A stretch of 64,000 bases of DNA, from positions 23,250,001 through 23,314,000 of the forward strand of contig OX597819.1 of the NCBI GenBank assembly GCA_951406725.2. The letters are read 5' to 3'. This DNA is from Octopus vulgaris (taxonomy: Eukaryota). Positions 40,091-55,119 of the stretch are shown here, one piece after another (the first letter of the stretch is position 1; the number at the start of each line of letters is the position of its first letter). The notes below the pieces were generated by a model. It saw only the letters and a program-made list of their open reading frames with translations, was not told where the DNA came from and searched no databases. Position numbers and translations under genes: made by a program.

Positions 40091-40702
40091 CAATATCTAT
40101 AAATCTGAAATGTGAAAAGTTTGTTTGTCTGGTTTTGGTATTGGAACGGGTTAAAGGGCACTAGATCCCGTCGGATTGACTCTGGAATTTACAGGGACAT
40201 GTAAAATGAGGTGAGGATGTGAGTGGGCTAGGTTAGAAATCTTAAAAGGTGTGGTTACTAGGGCAAAAATTGCACACTTTGACAAGTCTTCTCTCATTCT
40301 CTTATCTGCCTGTCTTACTCCTCTCCCTCTCTCTCTCTCTCTCTCTCTTTCCTCCCTTCCTTTCACATTCTCTCTATAACGTCGTTTGACAGCGTCTACT
40401 ATCTTTCTCCCGCCGCCTTCACTCTTTCTCCCACATCCCCTCTCTCTCTCTCTCTCTACGTCTGTCTGCATTCATAGAGAGAATTATTATCGCCACCACA
40501 ACCTCACAATCATGAGAACAAATATTATGAATCAGAATTATTATGAATCCCTTTATCTATCTCTCTCCCATTTATAAACAACAAAAGATCTTGAGTAAGT
40601 TGAGAAAGAAAAAATAGTTTGAAAGAGCAATCATAAATATCAGGCAGTGACAACGGAAAGGTCTGCTTATATATATATATATACGTGCGTACGTATATAT
40701 AT

Positions 40703-40774
<72 letters not shown>

Positions 40775-41048
40775 CATCATCCTAAATACACTAGTGTATT
40801 ATTTTTGCATTATTTAATATTTTGCGAGCAGTGTATTTTTAAATAAATCACATCTTTCGTACGTCCAGTGTTATGTTCACTTTTAGGGCAAAGGAAATTA
40901 ATACATTTCAATCTTATTTTATTTCACTTTTCGTTATTCGTTGCTAATCCGTTCATCATAATTGCATTGCACATATCTATTTTGCCATCAGGTGATTTAT
41001 ATAAAATCAACAGCAGTGATTCGCTCACAGAATATCAACTGAATCACT

Positions 41049-41570
<522 letters not shown>

Positions 41571-43199
41571 ATATTGCTTGTGTGTGTGTGTGTCTGCATT
41601 AAATCTAAATTGTGGAATTCTATTTAGATTCGTGCCTATTATTAACAAATATGATAAGAAACATGATTTCAAAAGCAATTTTGTGGAGGCGGTTTTCTTG
41701 TTATGATTTACATATTTCCATAATTTATTGAATCAGGTATAAAAGTACTTTTTTTTTAATAATATATCATTGACAATTCATTGAGGTACTCACTACTAAC
41801 ATGTCGGAAACAATAAACGTCGTTATCAAGTATTATATTTTACAAAGATGTCATTGACCGTCAGGAATTTTAGGTTTTTTATGCACATGATTCTTACTTC
41901 ATTATTCAGGGATATAAAAGACGGCGAGCAGAGGCACGGTGGTTAGCACTAAGGAAAAACGTTTAGCGGCATTTCTTCCTCTTTATGGGGGCGATAAAAT
42001 AAGTGCTAAAATGAACGAAGTCTTGTGTCTGTATTAGAAAAGTTATTATTCAGATATATTAAAAAGCGCAGGAAAATGTTTCACATTCTGAGTACGAATC
42101 ACTTTTTCTTTCATTCTTTCGGTGTCGATGAAAGATACTACCAGTCAAGTCCTTGGTTCGATAATGTCGACTAATTCCCTCTTCTAAAAGTTACTTACCA
42201 TGTACCTAAATTAAGTACCGCTGTGTCCTTTATATAAATATTTCCATGATCATTGCTCTGACGAATTTCTAGTCTAGTACTTCAGACGATAATTTTAAAC
42301 GTATCATCCGCTTCTCTGTTGAGCTTCCTCTTAGTCATAAGACCTTTTATCTATTATGTTCTTTACTTGAAGAGCTGCTTTCTGGAACTGAGAACCATCG
42401 TCTTGTTTTCCTCTGGTATATGATTTTCAGTCCTTTAAGCTTTCATTCAATCGATATCTTATTCATTTGTTAGTCCTTCTGTCCCTTCTTTGTATACTCT
42501 GTCGTTATGGTGCTCTCAAACCTTGTTTGAGGTAAAATGGCATTGAAAAATATCAAAAATATAAAGCGCTGGATGTGCATAATCGTTAGAGCGTTCGAAA
42601 TAAACTATTATAGTATTAATTTTGACGCTTTACATCCTGAGTTCGAACCTCAACAAGGTAAAGTTTGTTTCTCCTCCTTCCAGTGGCGATGAAACAAATG
42701 ATATTCCCTTCCTCCAAAAAACAGTCGATCTTTTGCCTAAATCAGAAACCTTTATTGAAAGGTAAACGGTTTTTTTTTCTGAAACAAAAGTTTTTATTCC
42801 TATGTTCCAGCATATAATGGCTTCAAACTTTAGCACAAGGCCTGCAATTTTAGTGGGATAGGGACAAGTCGCTTACATTGACAGTATTCAACTGGTACTT
42901 ATATTTCAACGGCTCCGAAAGTGTTAAAGGCAAGGCCAGCTTAGGTGGGATTCGAACTCAAAACGAAAGGAACCAGAACAAATGCAGCTAACGGTTTTAT
43001 CCTGTGTAGTAATGATTCTGCCAGTTCACTGCCTTCGTGTTTCAATACATAACGGTTTCAAGTTTTAGCAAGGGCCTTCATTTGCGGTGGAGTGACTAAT
43101 TCGATTACATTCACCCCAGTGCTTAACTGGTACTTATTTTATCGACCCCGAAAAGAAAATAAGTCGACTGCAGTGAAGTTCGAACTCACTACGCAAAAA

Positions 43200-43710
43200 G
43201 GAGCGAACGATTTTGGGGATCTAATGCGCGAAGCGTAGGGCACCTTAACCAGACATTTGGTTCATCCCACATCACCAATTCTGCTTACCAAAAGTGGCCC
43301 ACTTGATACCGCTTATTCACCGCGTTGCAGAGGCTGCGATATACGGCCGCCTTCGAGTTCGAGAGTAGATCGAGGCCGTCAACGTCTCCAGGGCCTCCAG
43401 TCGATCGCTTTACCGGACGGAACTGCGTGTCGTTACCCCGCTGGCGTCAGCTGTCCTAAGGGAAACTTCGGAGGAAACCAGCTACTAGACGGCTCGATTG
43501 GTCTTTCGCCCCTACACCCGCTTACGACGATCGATTTGCACGACAGAGCCGCTTCGAACTTCCACCAGACTGGGCGTAGATCGCCATCTTTCGGGTCTCC
43601 GGCCGCTTGCTACACCTGAGTCGGAGTGAGAACGCGATGACGCGCAGAAACGCGATCACGAACGCGCGGACGCGACCAGGGAACGATATTGGCGGCGCAC
43701 CGCCTTAACG
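43200..43710 (-). pseudogene. 28S (LSU) rRNA fragment, orphan pseudogene
   Basis: Reverse complement of conserved LSU blocks: ttctgcttaccaaaagtggccca, gggaaacttcggaggaaaccagctactaga, gtctttcgcccctacaccc, gatttgcacg, ccatctttcgggtc; GC-rich island with no other rDNA nearby. Confidence 0.9.
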
Positions 43711-45642
43711 TGTTACAATGCATAATGACACTGAAGCGAATATTGTGCCTTACATTATTTCTGTTTTCATATTCAGAGATAAACACATTAAGCAATTGAG
43801 AATTAATTGTTTTCTCCTGTAATTCATGGGGCTGTTCTTCCAGTTTTCTGTTTATATGACATGTGAATACCCAATGCGTGGCAGTATGAATAAATATACA
43901 TATGTTCCTTCAATTCAAAAACCATGTTCGCGTGTTTTGTAGATTAGTCGTACGGATATACAAAGGAATTTGAATAATATCTGCCAAATATAAGACATAA
44001 ATAAATATTCTCTTTCTATATTAAATGTATTTATACGTATTTCGAAAACGAACAAAATACTTTACACTTGCAATATCTTAATACAAATAATCATTATCTG
44101 ATAATTCTATTGAATAAAATGTAGACAGTAATCTAGTTAGCTTAACTCTGTTGTCTGTTATGATGTTAACGTCGTTATTGCTCCTTAGTGGAAAGTATAT
44201 TAACATCTGAATCTACTAGGTTGCAGCTAATATATTCATATGGCTTAAATATTACGCTTCATTAAATAGCTGGTTCTATAGCCTATAATAAATTCTATCG
44301 TTGTATTACAGCCACAGAAATGTCAAATATTTCATTGTTAGTTTCTTTCACAAAATTTGGTGGAATGTATAGAGCTAAATCTTAATATCTTCCGCATAGC
44401 AAACATTTAGCATCCATTATTAATAGCATTATAAAGGTTATAAGGATTAGTGGGGGTGACTTTCGTTGACACACTCAAGAAATTTACTCATTAGAAATAA
44501 TCTACAAGCATCGGATACTTATTTTGTTGGCACGCTTAAAAGAGAGAAGAGAAATCTTGTTCAACTGTGTCAAACATTTTGGCAAAGTAAAAATAAAATC
44601 AATGATGTTATCAATCAGAATTTCGATTGTTTCAACGTAATCTTGCATTAGAAGAGTTTAAAGCTCCGTTAAGTATGTAATGAATTCTTGTGTATTGTTC
44701 GTCGAAATGACTCGTCTTAAAATTGTCTGCGATATTCATGAGACAAAACATCGCAGTGCTTTAGACATACGAGATCTGAGACAGACAAGTCTATAATTAT
44801 TTCTTTTTTCTTTACTAATTCGCTTTCAACAGATGTTGTAATCATTTCTTACTGTAATATTTGTAGCTTCATAAATGTAGAAAGGTTTTTACTTTCGAGT
44901 GTAAACGTTTCTATCGATTCCAGTTTTTATAATTTTGTCTGTGGAACATCAAAGCGAATAAGAGGCGCATTAACATCCCTGTCTGTTGTTAAGAAAGAGT
45001 TAACCTATTGGCTTTCTGCCACTTAAATGAATAACTTTCTTGTATTATTAAATAAAAGTTTACATAATTAAATTTCGAACTAACAAAAGAAAGCTTTTAG
45101 TTCTGCTTTATTTGTTATCCCAAGAGTGGGTTCTTGGCGAGATTAACGAGACCTTTTTTGTTTCATTACTTTGTTCAACATGAATTTGAGAACGCGGCCA
45201 AATGGTTTACATAAATATCTCTTTGACTCTTTTCTGTATTTCATACATTCCGTCGAAATAGATTTTATCACGATTTTGGGTTTTATATAATAAAAAAAAA
45301 GTGAACCTCCGTTTTAGCAATTGGTAACGGTTTGGGATTTATTTATGCATTAATTGCAAGTTTTATGTTTTCTGTAAATCTCATTCAATGTTATAAACAT
45401 ATAATAAATACACTTCAAACGTATTTACAATATTTGAAGCTGAAGCAAACTTCTTCAGCAAGTCAAGACGAATAGGAAAACTGTACTTTCGGAATATCAG
45501 GGCTTATTGAGACTTCCTTAGTCGGAAGCGCAGTTGTTCCGTTCAATAATAATTTATGGCTAAAAATAAAACATGTGCTATACGTACACGTCTATAGATT
45601 TATAGATGTGAACGCATGCCACATATTTATTTTTAGTCTGAG

Positions 45643-45698
45643 TTCCACTTGAGCTTGCTTGCGAACTTGAAAAATATCGCAAGCAAACTCAAGTGGAA
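45643..45698. other. Isolated 22-bp-stem hairpin
   Basis: ttccacttgagcttgcttgcga / tcgcaagcaaactcaagtggaa, 12-nt loop, one mismatch. Confidence 0.85.
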
Positions 45699-46139
45699 TG
45701 CACCATGCTGTGGCAAGTGAAGGTCGACAATAGCTTTTTGTCTAATCATCGTTTATTTCATGCTCGTAGAGTAATAAATCAGGGACAGGGAAAATAAATA
45801 CTTAGTAGTAATTGTACAATTATGTGACTAAGAATCTGGATAGCACTAATGCATCACAGCTGGCAACTGAAAGAATATACGCACACGTACACACTACACG
45901 CACACAAAGACACACGTGTGTACATGTGTATAAGCATATGACTATATATATGTATATATATATATGCATATATATATATATTTGTATATATATATATATA
46001 TATTTGTATATATATATATATATATATATGCATATATATGTATATGTATGTATATATATTATGTGTACGCATGTATGTATATAGGTACGTATAAGCGCAC
46101 GCAGATACGCGCATACATTGGAACGTGAAACACACACAC

Positions 46140-46216
<77 letters not shown>

Positions 46217-46277
46217 TAGATAGATAGATAGATCGACAGACAGACAGACACACAGACAGACAGACAGACAGACAGAC

Positions 46278-46355
<78 letters not shown>

Positions 46356-46400
46356 TCAGTTAGATAGATAGATAGTCAGGTAGATAGATAGATAGGCAGG

Positions 46401-46474
<74 letters not shown>

Positions 46475-46914
46475 GTCGGTCGGTATGCAGGAGAGAAGAG
46501 AAAGAAAGTGATGTGTGAGTGCAAACACTGGCAAGATGTTACCGAATATCTATAAATTATATAGATTTCTCAACAATCTATACTCCTTTAATCACCTTGT
46601 ACTTAACAGTTGTATTTTATTACTCATAGTTCTGTTGAGAAAGCTGGTGGCTGAACGGATAGGGTGTCAGATAACTAGCTGAGAGCTGATATCTTGTTAA
46701 CGTCAATACTTAAGTGTACATCGTCATGACATCTGAAATAATTTGAATAATTCTGAAGTCGCCCTTCAGTGTGATTTAGCCGAAAGTAGAACCCGCAGTC
46801 AGTGGAAGCCCTGATGATTCTAAACTGTGGCAAGCCCTCAAACTAGAAAGGTTTTGGTAATTTTTAAAGTCACAATGTCGTCAAACAAGTGGAGCGTGTT
46901 GCATCAGAGATGTC

Positions 46915-47315
46915 TGCGCAGACGTGGTTATGTGTAATGAAAAGCTAGATTCGCAGCCGCACCGTTTCGGGTTCAGTACCGCTGCGTGGAACCTTGGGTG
47001 TGTGTCTTCTACTATTGCCTCGGGCCGAACAAAGCAACGCGAGTGGATTTGGTAGACGGAAACTGAAAGAAGCCTGTCGTGTTTGTTTGTGCGTGTGTGC
47101 GTGCGCGCGTGTCTTTGTGTCTGTGTCCCTCGTCACCGTTTGAGAATCTGCGTTGGTACATTTACGTCCGCGAAACTCAGCGGTTCAGCAAAAGATCCCG
47201 ATAGGCTTAAAAGAAAAAAAATAAGTACTAGAGTCAATTCATTCGACTAAAATTCTTCGAAATGGTGCCCCATGATGGCCGCAGTTTCACGACTGAAACA
47301 AGTGCAAGTTAAAAA
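46915..47315 (+). mobile_element. CORE-like SINE, diverged
   Basis: Colinear with 32781-33230. Confidence 0.8.
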
Positions 47316-47324
47316 ACAAAAAAA

Positions 47325-48110
47325 AATTACTGAGGTCAGAAATAGAGACAGAATCACCAATGAAGAAATCTTACCAAGAGCAGTTTATAAATTTCTTGCT
47401 AGTGTAGGCACAAGGCCAGCAATCTTAGGGGAGTGATAAGTCTATTACATTGACTCCAGTGCTCAGTTAGTACTTATTTTATGGACCCCGAAGGATGAAA
47501 GGCAAAGCTGACCTTGGCGAAATTTGAACTCAGAACGGAAAGCCGATAGAATGCCGTCAATCAATTTTTTCCGGCGTGATAACGACTCTGCCAAGCTCGC
47601 AACCTTCGATCAGATTGTCAATTAGTTTCAAATTTTGGCACAATGCCAGCAATTTCGGGGCAGGGCGGAAGTTGATTATATCGACCCAAGTGCTCAACTG
47701 GTACTTATTTTATAGACCCTGAAATGATGGCAGGTATACTCGACCTCGGTAAAATTAGAACACAAAACGTAAAGACAGATGAACCGCCGCTACGCATTTT
47801 ACGCGGCGCAGTAGCCATTTTGCTAGCTAACCGCCTTCGAACAGATTCTAAATTATTTACAAATATTGCTAAGCAGCGCGAACTCCCCTTTTCAGGACAT
47901 ATATTGCGCATACGAAACAAAATGCGGAAATACTAATGTTTTAAGAAGAGAAAGAGGGGAAGAACACCGGAAACCCAGTGAAAAATATTCAAAGATGATC
48001 CATTGGACTTACACATCATTTAGCAAAAAGGTGGAATAGTTACTGACAACAGAAGCCAGTAGAGAAAACTTACTGACCAGTATGTTATTTAGCACAGAAT
48101 GACCTGAGGA
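47325..48110 (+). mobile_element. RTE LINE C-terminal remnant interrupted by two minus-strand Meta-like SINEs (about 47385-47840)
   Basis: RDRITNEEILPRA...LFTNIAKQRELPFSGHILR...KRKRGR. Confidence 0.6.
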
Positions 48111-48519
48111 TTGTAACTCTTTGTAACTTGGCAGAACCCGAGTTCAATTCCTTCTATGATTGCGATGTTACTCCAATACTGAACGTCTTACAAGAGAATC
48201 CTTCAGTCGTGTTATCCAACTTCGTTATTGGGTTTAGAATCTGGTTGTAATTATAGGCCATATGTGTGTGTTCGTTGTTCAGTAACTTTCTCTAGCTGGA
48301 AACATCAGATACAAGCACTCACAAGCAGGTGGGCAGATTTCAAAAATACCCAGAAGATAAGATTCTTAATTGGACTCAACTATATTCTCACTACAAATTC
48401 CATCGATGAGAAACCAGCAACTGAGTTAGAATTCGGCCGAGGTAAACAATACCTGTCGGTAATTACAGTAAATATTGTGCTGTCCACTCAAGCAACTGCC
48501 GTACTGACCACTGTACAAA

Positions 48520-48739
48520 TATATTGTTTTCATATTTTGGCACAAGGCCAGTAATTTTGGGAGCGGATGTAAGACGATTACATCGACCTCAGTGATCAGG
48601 TGGTACTTATTTTATCGACTCTGAAAATATAAAACGCAAAATCGCCTTCGGCAGAATTTGAACTCAGAACGTAAAGGCAGACGAAATAACACTAAGCAAT
48701 CTTCCCGGAGTGTTAACGGCTCTGTCAGCTCACCACCTT
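48520..48739 (-). mobile_element. Meta-like SINE with TSD
   Basis: ccactgtacaa at 48508-48518 and 48740-48750. Confidence 0.75.
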
Positions 48740-49082
48740 CCACTGTACAACTTCAATACCAATTACACTATCCACTGCACTAATACTGTATGTATTGTTG
48801 TCATACCACTGTATTCATCGCTATACGACGACTGCACTAATCATTATACTGGCCAATAGAAAGTACTGTGTCAACAAATCTACTATGATAATTTTCTACT
48901 AATAAATCGTTTACTAGACTACTAATAACACGGTAATACTTGCTAATCAACGACCTCAGCATTTCTAAAGAAGGCCATGGTAATTTGGTATTCGGCAATA
49001 TAACGAAAGACAAAACTTCTACGAAGCAGACTTATACATCACGTTTACTCCGCTTGAACGACAATAAAGCATTACAAATGTC

Positions 49083-49428
49083 GTGGCACTCCGTCGGTTA
49101 CGACGACGAGGGTTCCAGTTGATCCGATCAACGGAACAGCTTGCTCGTGAAATTAACGTGCACGTGTCTGTGGAGTGATCTTAACGTAATTCTCGGGGTG
49201 ATTCAGCGTGACACAGAACGTGACGAGGCTGGCCCCTTTGACCTACAGGTACAAAAGATACAGGAAGAAAGAGTGAGAAAAAGTTGTGGTGAAAGGGTAC
49301 AGCAGGATTCGCTACCACCCTCGCCCGGAAATTTAGGTGTTTTCGCTCAATAAATGCTCACAACGCCCGGACTGGGAATCGAAACCGCGAGTCCGCTGTC
49401 CTAACCATTGGGTCATTGCGCCTCCACT
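49083..49428 (-). mobile_element. SINE family A
   Basis: Reverse complement of the 33678-type element. Confidence 0.85.
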
Positions 49429-49719
49429 ATAACAAATGTAGGTTACAAAGTTTTACAAATATACAAATTTTGTCAAATCTCCTTCCTCTGTATGGCCAGG
49501 ATATAATTCAATCCTTGCTTAATTGGTGACCAATGAGGAAATTTCACAACGGATTATTTGCACGGAGTACAAGTAAGAGGCATCTTTGTATCTGAGATAT
49601 TGTTGCTGTGGATCCGACATATATTATATAACTGAGCCCACATCCACAGCAGGGTTCTACGCAACACTGCCAATTATTCATTCAATAATACAATACACTA
49701 CAGTCACTACCACACAGAT

Positions 49720-50240
49720 GGTTTCTTCTCTCTCCCTCCCTCCGTCTTCCTCTCTCTTTTTCCCTCCCTCCCTCTTTCTTTCTCTCTTTCTCTTCCTCTC
49801 TCCCTCCCTCTCTCTTTCTCTTTCTCCTTCCCTCCCTCTTTCTCCCTTCCTCCCTCTTTCTCCCTTCCTCCCTCTTTCTCTCTCTCTTTCTCTCTTTCTC
49901 TTTCTCCCTCCTTCCCTCTTTCTCTATTTCTCCTTTCTCTCTCCATCTTTATCTCTTTCTCTCTCTCTTTTAGTTTTTTTCTCTCTTTCTATCTCTCTCT
50001 CTTTCTCTCTTTCTCTCTCCCTCCTACTTTCTCTCTGCCTCTTTCTCTCTTCATCTTTCTTTATCTCTCTCTATTTATCTCTTTCTCTCTCTTTCCTTCT
50101 CCTTATCTCTCTCCCTACCTCTTTCTCTCTATTTCTCCCTCCCTCTTTCTGTCTTTCTCATTCTCTCTTTCTCCCTCCTCCCTCTTTCTCTCTTTCTCTT
50201 TCTCCCTCCCTCTCTCTCCTCTTCCTCTCTCCCTCTTACC
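49720..50240. repeat. ~520-bp polypyrimidine (CT-rich) tract
   Basis: Almost only C/T on the + strand. Confidence 0.95.
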
Positions 50241-51564
50241 CTTCTATAGTTAATCCACCAAAACCAGCTCCTCCGGTCTAGCCTGCAGCATACATTTCTC
50301 ACCTGGGCTGCCTCTACAACACAGTCCATTCTCCATTTATCATCGGGTATTGCGCGTCTACCTTAAATATTTCCTCCTGTTCTCTACTCCCCATACTTCA
50401 TTTCAATCAAAATTTTCCCCCACCCATTATTTCCTTCCTTAAATCGACTAATAGATACCAAGCTGAACACCAATCTTATTGATCTCGAGTGGGGGGGGTG
50501 AGGGCTAACTGACTGACTTATAAAACACTATCAGAATTTTACTTCGAATATTATCTCAACACAGTAAAATTTTCAGCTTCCATCTTCGTCTTCGTTAATA
50601 TCAACAACAACAACAACAACAATAACAACAACATCTCTACAGCATGCAATGTGTTATTTAGGCCTTTTGTTCTTTAGTCATTAACCTATATGTGCCAGCA
50701 TAAATCTAAAGTGTCATCAAAACAAACATTAACAACAGCGTAAACATAAATCACAAGAGCACAAGAATGGCAGCAATAACAAGATCATTATCGGTCACAT
50801 GAACAACGATGGTAGTTATAGCACAAGCACACACGCCAAGACCATCAGTGAGGTAATTACTAAGATATAGCCACACTAGGCCGTAGCTGCAGCAAAAGAC
50901 GTACAACGAAATCAAATAACAACCTGAAAGTCCTTAAACCCAGAAACAAACGTAGAGAGAAAGCGACGTTGAAGATAAGTGATAAATGGCAGATATTTAA
51001 TGAGAATTTGTCTGTCTCAACGGTTACAGTATATAGTTACATGTATATGGCGAGATACAAATGTATGGCTGCTTTAAGATACATTATTACATAGCTTCGA
51101 TATCCATCACTTGTATGTCAAAAACAATGCTTCTGATATTCCATTAAAATATTTTCCCGTATTTTACTTCATTGCGAAGTAAATGATTTTGATATTTTAA
51201 TATTGTTAGACAAGGAAATGGCTGAGTAAACGCCAGCACAAATGCCTTCAAGTACTGACAGTATATCTTTACGTTCTGAGTTCGAATATTGTCGGAACAT
51301 AATACACCAGTCACCTTTCTGGCCTTTAAGCAAAAATAAATCATCGAAAATGCACTGATTTCCATTGAAATCTTTCGTATCACTTTAGAAACACCCGTTT
51401 ACATTATTATTATTATTCATTTATCGCTAGGAGTTAGCAGCTTATTAAGATGATATATCCTATAATGGAATAGTAGTATTATCAAACAAGAGAGAGGCAT
51501 CTGCCAGCTGTGACAGAGAATAAATGATAGATCTAGCCAGGTTTCGATCCTTTTGTCGATGTTA

Positions 51565-52202
<638 letters not shown>

Positions 52203-52851
52203 GCTACCTCGCGTTCTAAAATCGTTTGAATAACAATTTTTGTTGGATGAAATGGAGAAACACTTACGATGATTACAGGCCTTCCTAGATTTGTGTCATT
52301 ATATAACAAACTAATGCTGAACTAAGGGCGGCGCATTGGTAGAATCATTGGTACGTCAGACAAAATGCCAAACAGCATTTCTTCGAGTTCTTTACAACCT
52401 AAAAAGATCAAATCCCACTAACATCAGCTTTACTTTTCATCCCTTCGGGTTCATCAAATAGGGTACCAGTCAAGTACTGGGGTACTTTTCATCCCTTCGG
52501 GGTTCATCAAATAGGGTACCAGTCAAGTACTGGGGTAGATGCTATCGACTTGTTCCTTCCCATCAAAACTGCAATGGGCCGACATCTCGTTTAGGAGAAT
52601 ATTGTGATCTCGGTCTCTTACACCATGGGAACCGAGGCTCAGCCAAAAGATCTGAATGGTAATGCGTGTAGAAACAAAACATGGATATAAAGGAGTTTTA
52701 ATACGTAGAAATTTGGGAGAATTCTGAGTTTAGAGCGAGTAATGTGCGGGGAACGACAGATACATGAAAAGGAGAGAAAGCAAAGAACAGGCAAACGGAT
52801 TTGGCACAAAGTTAAAGAACTTTCAGAGGAGTAAGAACTACTGTGAAAACG

Positions 52852-53239
52852 TGTAGGCGCAATGGCCCGGTGGTGAGGGCAGCGGACTTGCGGTCATAGG
52901 ATCGCGGTTTCGATTCCCAGACCGGGCGTTGTGACTGTTTATTGAGCGAAAACACCTAAAAGCTCCACGAGGCTCCGGTAGGGGATTGTGGTGATCCCTG
53001 CTGTACTCTTTCACCACAACTTTCTCTCACTCTTACTTCCTGTTTTTGTTGTACCTGTATTTCAAGGGTCCGGCCTTGTCTCTCTCTGTGTCACGCTGAA
53101 TATCCCGAGAACTACGTTAAGGGTGCACGTGTCTGTGGAGTGCTCAGCCACTTACACGTTAATTTCACGATCAGGCTGTTCCGTTGATTCGGATCAACCG
53201 GAACCCTCATCGTCGTAACCGACGGAGTGCTTCCTCACC
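52852..53239 (+). mobile_element. SINE family A with TSD
   Basis: gtgaaaacg at 52843-52851 and 53240-53248. Confidence 0.9.
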
Positions 53240-53419
53240 GTGAAAACGATACAGAAAAGAAACTATGCTCGTCTTTATAGTGTTGGTGAGCGAATATATC
53301 AGTTGAATAAAGTCGTTTAATTCTTATGCAGACTCGGGTATTTGTTTGCCTGTAGCATGAAAATCTACGTTATAAGTGGGGATGCTGAATAGATTCTGGC
53401 TTTAAGGATGTCGCAAAAG

Positions 53420-53990
53420 GCCTGGTTGGAGGCCCAAACTTCCGAGTTCTTTTACAGGACTTACAAAATGTGAAGGACCACTACAACAAGTGTGTGAATC
53501 TGAGAGGGGATGTGGAAGCACTCCGTTGGTTACGACGACGAGGGTTCCGGTTGATCCGATCAACGGAACAGCCTGCTCGTGAAATTAACGTGTAAGTGGC
53601 TGAGCACTCCACAGACACGTGTACCCTTAACGTAGTTCTCGGGGATATTCAGCGTGACACAGAGAGTGACAAGGCCGGCCCCTTGAAATACAGGTACAAC
53701 AGAAACAGGAAGTAAGAGTGAGAGAAAGTTGTGGTGAAAGAGTACAGCAGGGATCACCACCATCCCTGCCGGAGCCTCGTGGAGCTTTTAGGTGTTTTCG
53801 CTCAATAAACAGTCACAACGCCCGGTCTGGGAATCGAAACCGCGATCCTACGACCGCGAGTCCGCTGCCCTAACCACTGGGCCATTGCGCCTCCACAAGA
53901 GGGGATATATGTTGAATAAATTCATAATTAACTGATCCTCATGTATTTTCTTTTACCCAAAGCCAGGAACTTTTAATCACCCCCCTCGTA
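53420..53990 (+). mobile_element. mariner 3' remnant split by a SINE
   Basis: WLEAQTSEFF...KCVNLRG[SINE]GDYVE-like ending, TIR ccaggaacttttaatcaccccctcg-TA. Confidence 0.7.
53512..53897 (-). mobile_element. SINE family A with TSD
   Basis: agaggggat at 53503-53511 and 53898-53906. Confidence 0.9.
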
Positions 53991-54701
53991 TATATACATG
54001 CGTGTGTGTGTGTGTGTGTGTGTATGTGTGTGTGTGTGCGTGTGTGTGTGTTTAGCTATTCATATTCTTTTATATTCTTTGATTTCAATGTGAAATTTCT
54101 AATCCCACCTCACATTGTGGTGAGATTGTTACCTACCTTTGTGTTAACGTTCATCTACAGGGCGTTACACGTATGTGGCATTATGAGAGATTGTGGGGAC
54201 CGAACATTTCTATCAACTTTGAAGTCGTGTGCTTTTACATGTGTAGAGGTAATATAATTCATGATCGTTACATGTAGGGATTAAGTGTGAGGAGTTTTTG
54301 TCCATGGAAATCGTACAAACTTGAAGTCTATATCACATATGAGAAAATCACTTGTCCGTGGAACGTGAAGGAACACTGAAAGGTTGATAGTGGAATCTAT
54401 AGCTATGACCTACACCCGATGGCATATATTCGTACATTGTTTTCGAAAAAAAACTAAGGTCGCAAAATGATCACCCTGGGTCTTATATCCATATGTTAAT
54501 TTTCCTTTAATCTACTAAAAACTTCCTTTCGGAATATGCACCCCTGAAACTGGGTGCATTTAATTTACCCATGTGTCTTTTATGCCAAAAAATATAACTA
54601 TATTGATACTGTTCCTCTCTTTTACAATAAAACAATGAATAGTATGTTAAGTTGTACTATACCAATAATAGTTTGTGAGATATCTATCAGAAGTTTAATA
54701 T

Positions 54702-55119
54702 TTATTTCTTTATTGCCCACAGTGGGATAAACACAGAGGGGACAAATAAGGACAGACGAACGGATTAAGTCGATTATATAGACCCCAGTGCGTAATTTGT
54801 ACTTATTTAAGTGACCCAGAAAGGATGAAAGGCAAAGTTGACCTCGGTGAAATTTGAACTCAGAACGTAACGGCAGACGAAATACCTATTTCCTTACTAC
54901 CCACAAGGGGCTAAACACAGAGAGGACAAACAAGGACATACAAACGGATTAAGTTGATTATATCGTCCCCAGTGCATAACTGGTACTTGATTTATCGACT
55001 CTAAAAGGATGAAAGGCAAAGTCGAGATCAGCGGAATTTGAACTCAGAACGTACCGGCAGACGAAATACGTCTACGCATTTCGCCCGGCATGCTAACGTT
55101 TCTGCCAGCTCGCCGCCTT
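54702..55119 (-). mobile_element. Dimeric Meta-like SINE with 15-bp TSD
   Basis: tcagaagtttaatat at 54687-54701 and 55120-55134. Confidence 0.9.

Noticed and set aside
40095-40163. Possible mini-Helitron (tctataaat...cactag)
   Set aside because: No terminal hairpin and the 3' flank is not T
46808-46856. ccCTGATGA...taGAAA hammerhead-like words
   Set aside because: No stem I or stem III pairing and no NUH site
49586-50281. 231-aa Leu/Ser/Phe-rich ORF
   Set aside because: Stop-free only because it spans a CT tract
52431-52538. 52-bp direct repeat
   Set aside because: Local tandem duplication inside a Meta-like SINE; not a CRISPR array or functional repeat
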